Positions 61,021 to 64,000 of a stretch of DNA of 64,000 nucleotides are shown one piece after another (within the stretch, counting starts at the first letter, position 1; the number at the start of each line of letters is the position of its first letter). This DNA is from the human T2T-CHM13v2.0 reference genome, Homo sapiens. The notes under the pieces were generated by a model, which saw only the letters and a list, made by a program, of their open reading frames with translations, was not told the DNA's origin and did not search any database. The DNA is taken from NCBI RefSeq assembly GCF_009914755.1, contig NC_060933.1; one strand, 5' to 3'. The position numbers and the translations under genes are program-made.

Positions 61021-62128
61021 TTTAGGCTGAAAGGAGAGGTGAAGGACGTGAGTCTCCCTCCCTCTCTCTTTTTGCTGCCAGGGGTTTAGTGCCCTGCGAA
61101 GAGGGCTCCGTGGTGTGGCTCCCTCCTAAGACCCCTCTTGAGGCCGCCCTCCCTGCTCCTTCAGGAATCGGAGGGCGATTCCTCCATGATGACTTTGTTC
61201 CGGCCTGCCGGTCCCGATCTTCTGGGGTTGGGAATGAATGAGATTAAAGATATGACTACTATAGATTCTACCCGCCCAACTTCTCCTCCCCATCTTCATG
61301 CTAAAAATAGCAGAGAGATGACCTGATGCCACCGGAGGGGAGCGTGCTCAGAGACAGTAGGGCCAGCAGCAGGATGGAGCTGTGTAGGCTCAGGAGTGCC
61401 CGCCCCGGTACCTGGCAGGGCTGGGCTGCAAGGTTAGACCAGACATGGGCAGCTCCGGTTTCTTTGGTGATCTTTGGGCAAACCTCAGGACTGAGGTTGG
61501 GGGTGACCCCTGCACAGCATGTCACCAGCAATTTGGCGACCTCCACCAAATGGCTCGTGGGGGGAGCCCACAAGGAGCTGGAAACCTAGTGTTTTCTCGG
61601 GTCGGTCTGTGCCACGCTGCCGGCTGGGAGGTTGCTGTAGCTCGGGGTTCATCACAGCTCTGGGCGAATAGGCTGCTGGATCTGGGGCTGTTACAGTGGG
61701 TGCTTCGTCTGCAAGTGTCAGGGAACGGCAGGGCGAGGCTTGGTGGTGCCAGCCACCCGTGCTTGACTTACGGGAAGGATATCCTGTTTCTGAAATACGT
61801 GCCCGCTGCAAGCCACCCAGCGTTTGCTTTCCTGCCTTGCTCCTAGTCCAGCCTGTGGCCTCCAGTTGCCCCTCCCATCCACCCAGCAGATCAATTTGGC
61901 CAGACGACAAACTCCAGACATCCCTTGAGTTGAACTTAAATTTTAAGAACGTAAAGGGTCTTGCCTCTTTGACATCCTTCCAGCCCTGAGCCCCCTAACA
62001 GGAGACCTGTGCCTCTTTGTTCCCAGGGACCCTTTCTTCCCTTTGGGTCAAACATGTCTTGGGACCATTTCCTCCCATCTTTTCCTTGGGGGTGGATGTG
62101 GACAGTTTCCCCTGGTTGTTGGCTCTGA

Positions 62129-62443
<315 letters not shown>

Positions 62444-62511
62444 TAGCTTGCAGGCCCCATTTTGACTCTTTCCTGGTTTGTCTCCACTCAAAATATTTGT
62501 GAATGAGTGAA

Positions 62512-62580
62512 AGGGTGGATGGACGGATGGGTGGATGGGTGGGTGGATGGATGGACGGATGGGTGGATGGGTGGGTGGAC
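62512..62580 (+). repeat. (GGAT/GGGT)n simple repeat
   Basis: Directly visible. Confidence 0.9.
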
Positions 62581-63403
62581 ACACAGGTGGATTGAGACTT
62601 CCAAGGGTGGTCCAGGAAGAGAGGACTAGACCTGCCCCCTGTCACCACAGGCTCCACTGAGAAGTCACATGGGCATGGTGAGACGGGACACAAGGCTCGT
62701 CTCTGAGTGATGTCATAATCTGTGTGCACAGGGCTGGGGCTGTCACCCAGCAGCTACCTTGGAGAGCGCCCGTGGGCCCAGGAATGCATGGCCATTTGGA
62801 TTTTACGAGATGAGATCTTTTTTCTGCCCTTGAATGGTTGTACCTGGCCAGTGGCTGGACAGGTGCTCATCACCATGAATGCCTTCCTGGGGCTAAAGCA
62901 GGCCATGCTGTCACCTTCAGAACCACATGGGAACAGCAGGTTTGCATATGTCGTTTGCATAACATATTTTGAATCCGTTATTTCACTTAATCTTCACAAG
63001 AACCATGTGAAGTTGGTGAGATTTTTCACTCCAGTTCAAGAAAAGGAAATTTGGCTCCCAAGGGGTGGACTTATTTGTCCCAAGCCAAACAGCTGTTAGT
63101 AGGGAAGTGGGCACTCGGACCCACATGGCCGAGCTCATCACCTGGTTCAGTCTCCTCCACTCCCCACTTTAGTCAGGGGGCCTTCTCCTAATGGGCACAG
63201 CCCACCAGCCTTTTGGCACATTCCACCCAAGGACCCCGTATTCTGTGGTTAACCTGGGTTCTGGGGGCCCCATAGGAGAGTTACCAAGGGAACAAGGAGG
63301 AATGGTGGGCCCTTCTGTTCCACCCATTGATTCCCCAGAAGAAAGGTGCATTTGCATGTAGTGCCTATGGGCAGGGAACTTTCCCACCCTGAGGGAGTGG
63401 GGT

Positions 63404-63998
63404 CACACCACACACACGCACACTCACAAACACACTCACACATAGTCACACACACACTCACACACAGTCACACACATTCACACATAGTCACACACACATT
63501 CACACAGTCTCACACATAGTCACACAGTCACACTCACATAGTCACACACTCATAGTCACACACACACAGTCACACACTCACAGTCACACACTCACACATA
63601 GTCACACAGTCACACACACTCACATAGTCACACACACTCACATAGTCACACACACAGTCACACACACTCACACATAGTCTCACACACACACAGTCACACA
63701 CACATTCACACATAGTCACACACAGTCACACACACAGTCTCACACATAGTCACACACAGTCACACTCACACATAGTCACACACTCATAGTCACACACACC
63801 CACACATAGTCACACACACTCACACAGTCACACACACACTCACACATAGTCACACAGTCACACACACTCACATAGTCACACACACTCACAGTCACACACA
63901 CACTCACACATAGTCACACACACACTCACAGTCACACACACACTCACACATAGTCACACACACACACACACATAGTCACACACGTTCACACACACACA
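63404..63998 (+). repeat. CA-rich compound repeat (cacacatagtcacacacact)n, running to the window end
   Basis: Directly visible. Confidence 0.95.
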
Positions 63999-64000
63999 AT

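Overview
Primate, almost certainly human, genomic DNA containing the 5' end of OLFM1 (olfactomedin-1/noelin; 9q34.3 from recall) on the + strand. It includes CpG-island promoter A with coding exon A (47705-47800), CpG-island promoter B with coding exon B (59987-60136), and the shared M exon (62192-62341); the gene continues beyond the window. Two further in-frame acceptor exons just after exon A (48055, 48810) would give short signal-peptide proteins lacking the olfactomedin domain. The first ~47 kb is GC-rich intergenic DNA full of repeats: many Alus, an old fragmented L1, L2/MIR remnants, solo ERV1/ERVL/MaLR LTRs, one full-length THE1 element and several G-rich minisatellites. I found no evidence of a new multi-gene system. 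The most unusual structures are: a near-perfect ~116-bp-arm palindrome with a template-switch signature ~0.8 kb upstream of promoter A; a 133-bp, 95%-identical inverted repeat pair around a 648-bp spacer; a strong-Kozak uORF ahead of exon B; and several small templated-insertion or duplication scars. Repeat subfamily names come from recalled consensus sequences, not from a RepeatMasker run.
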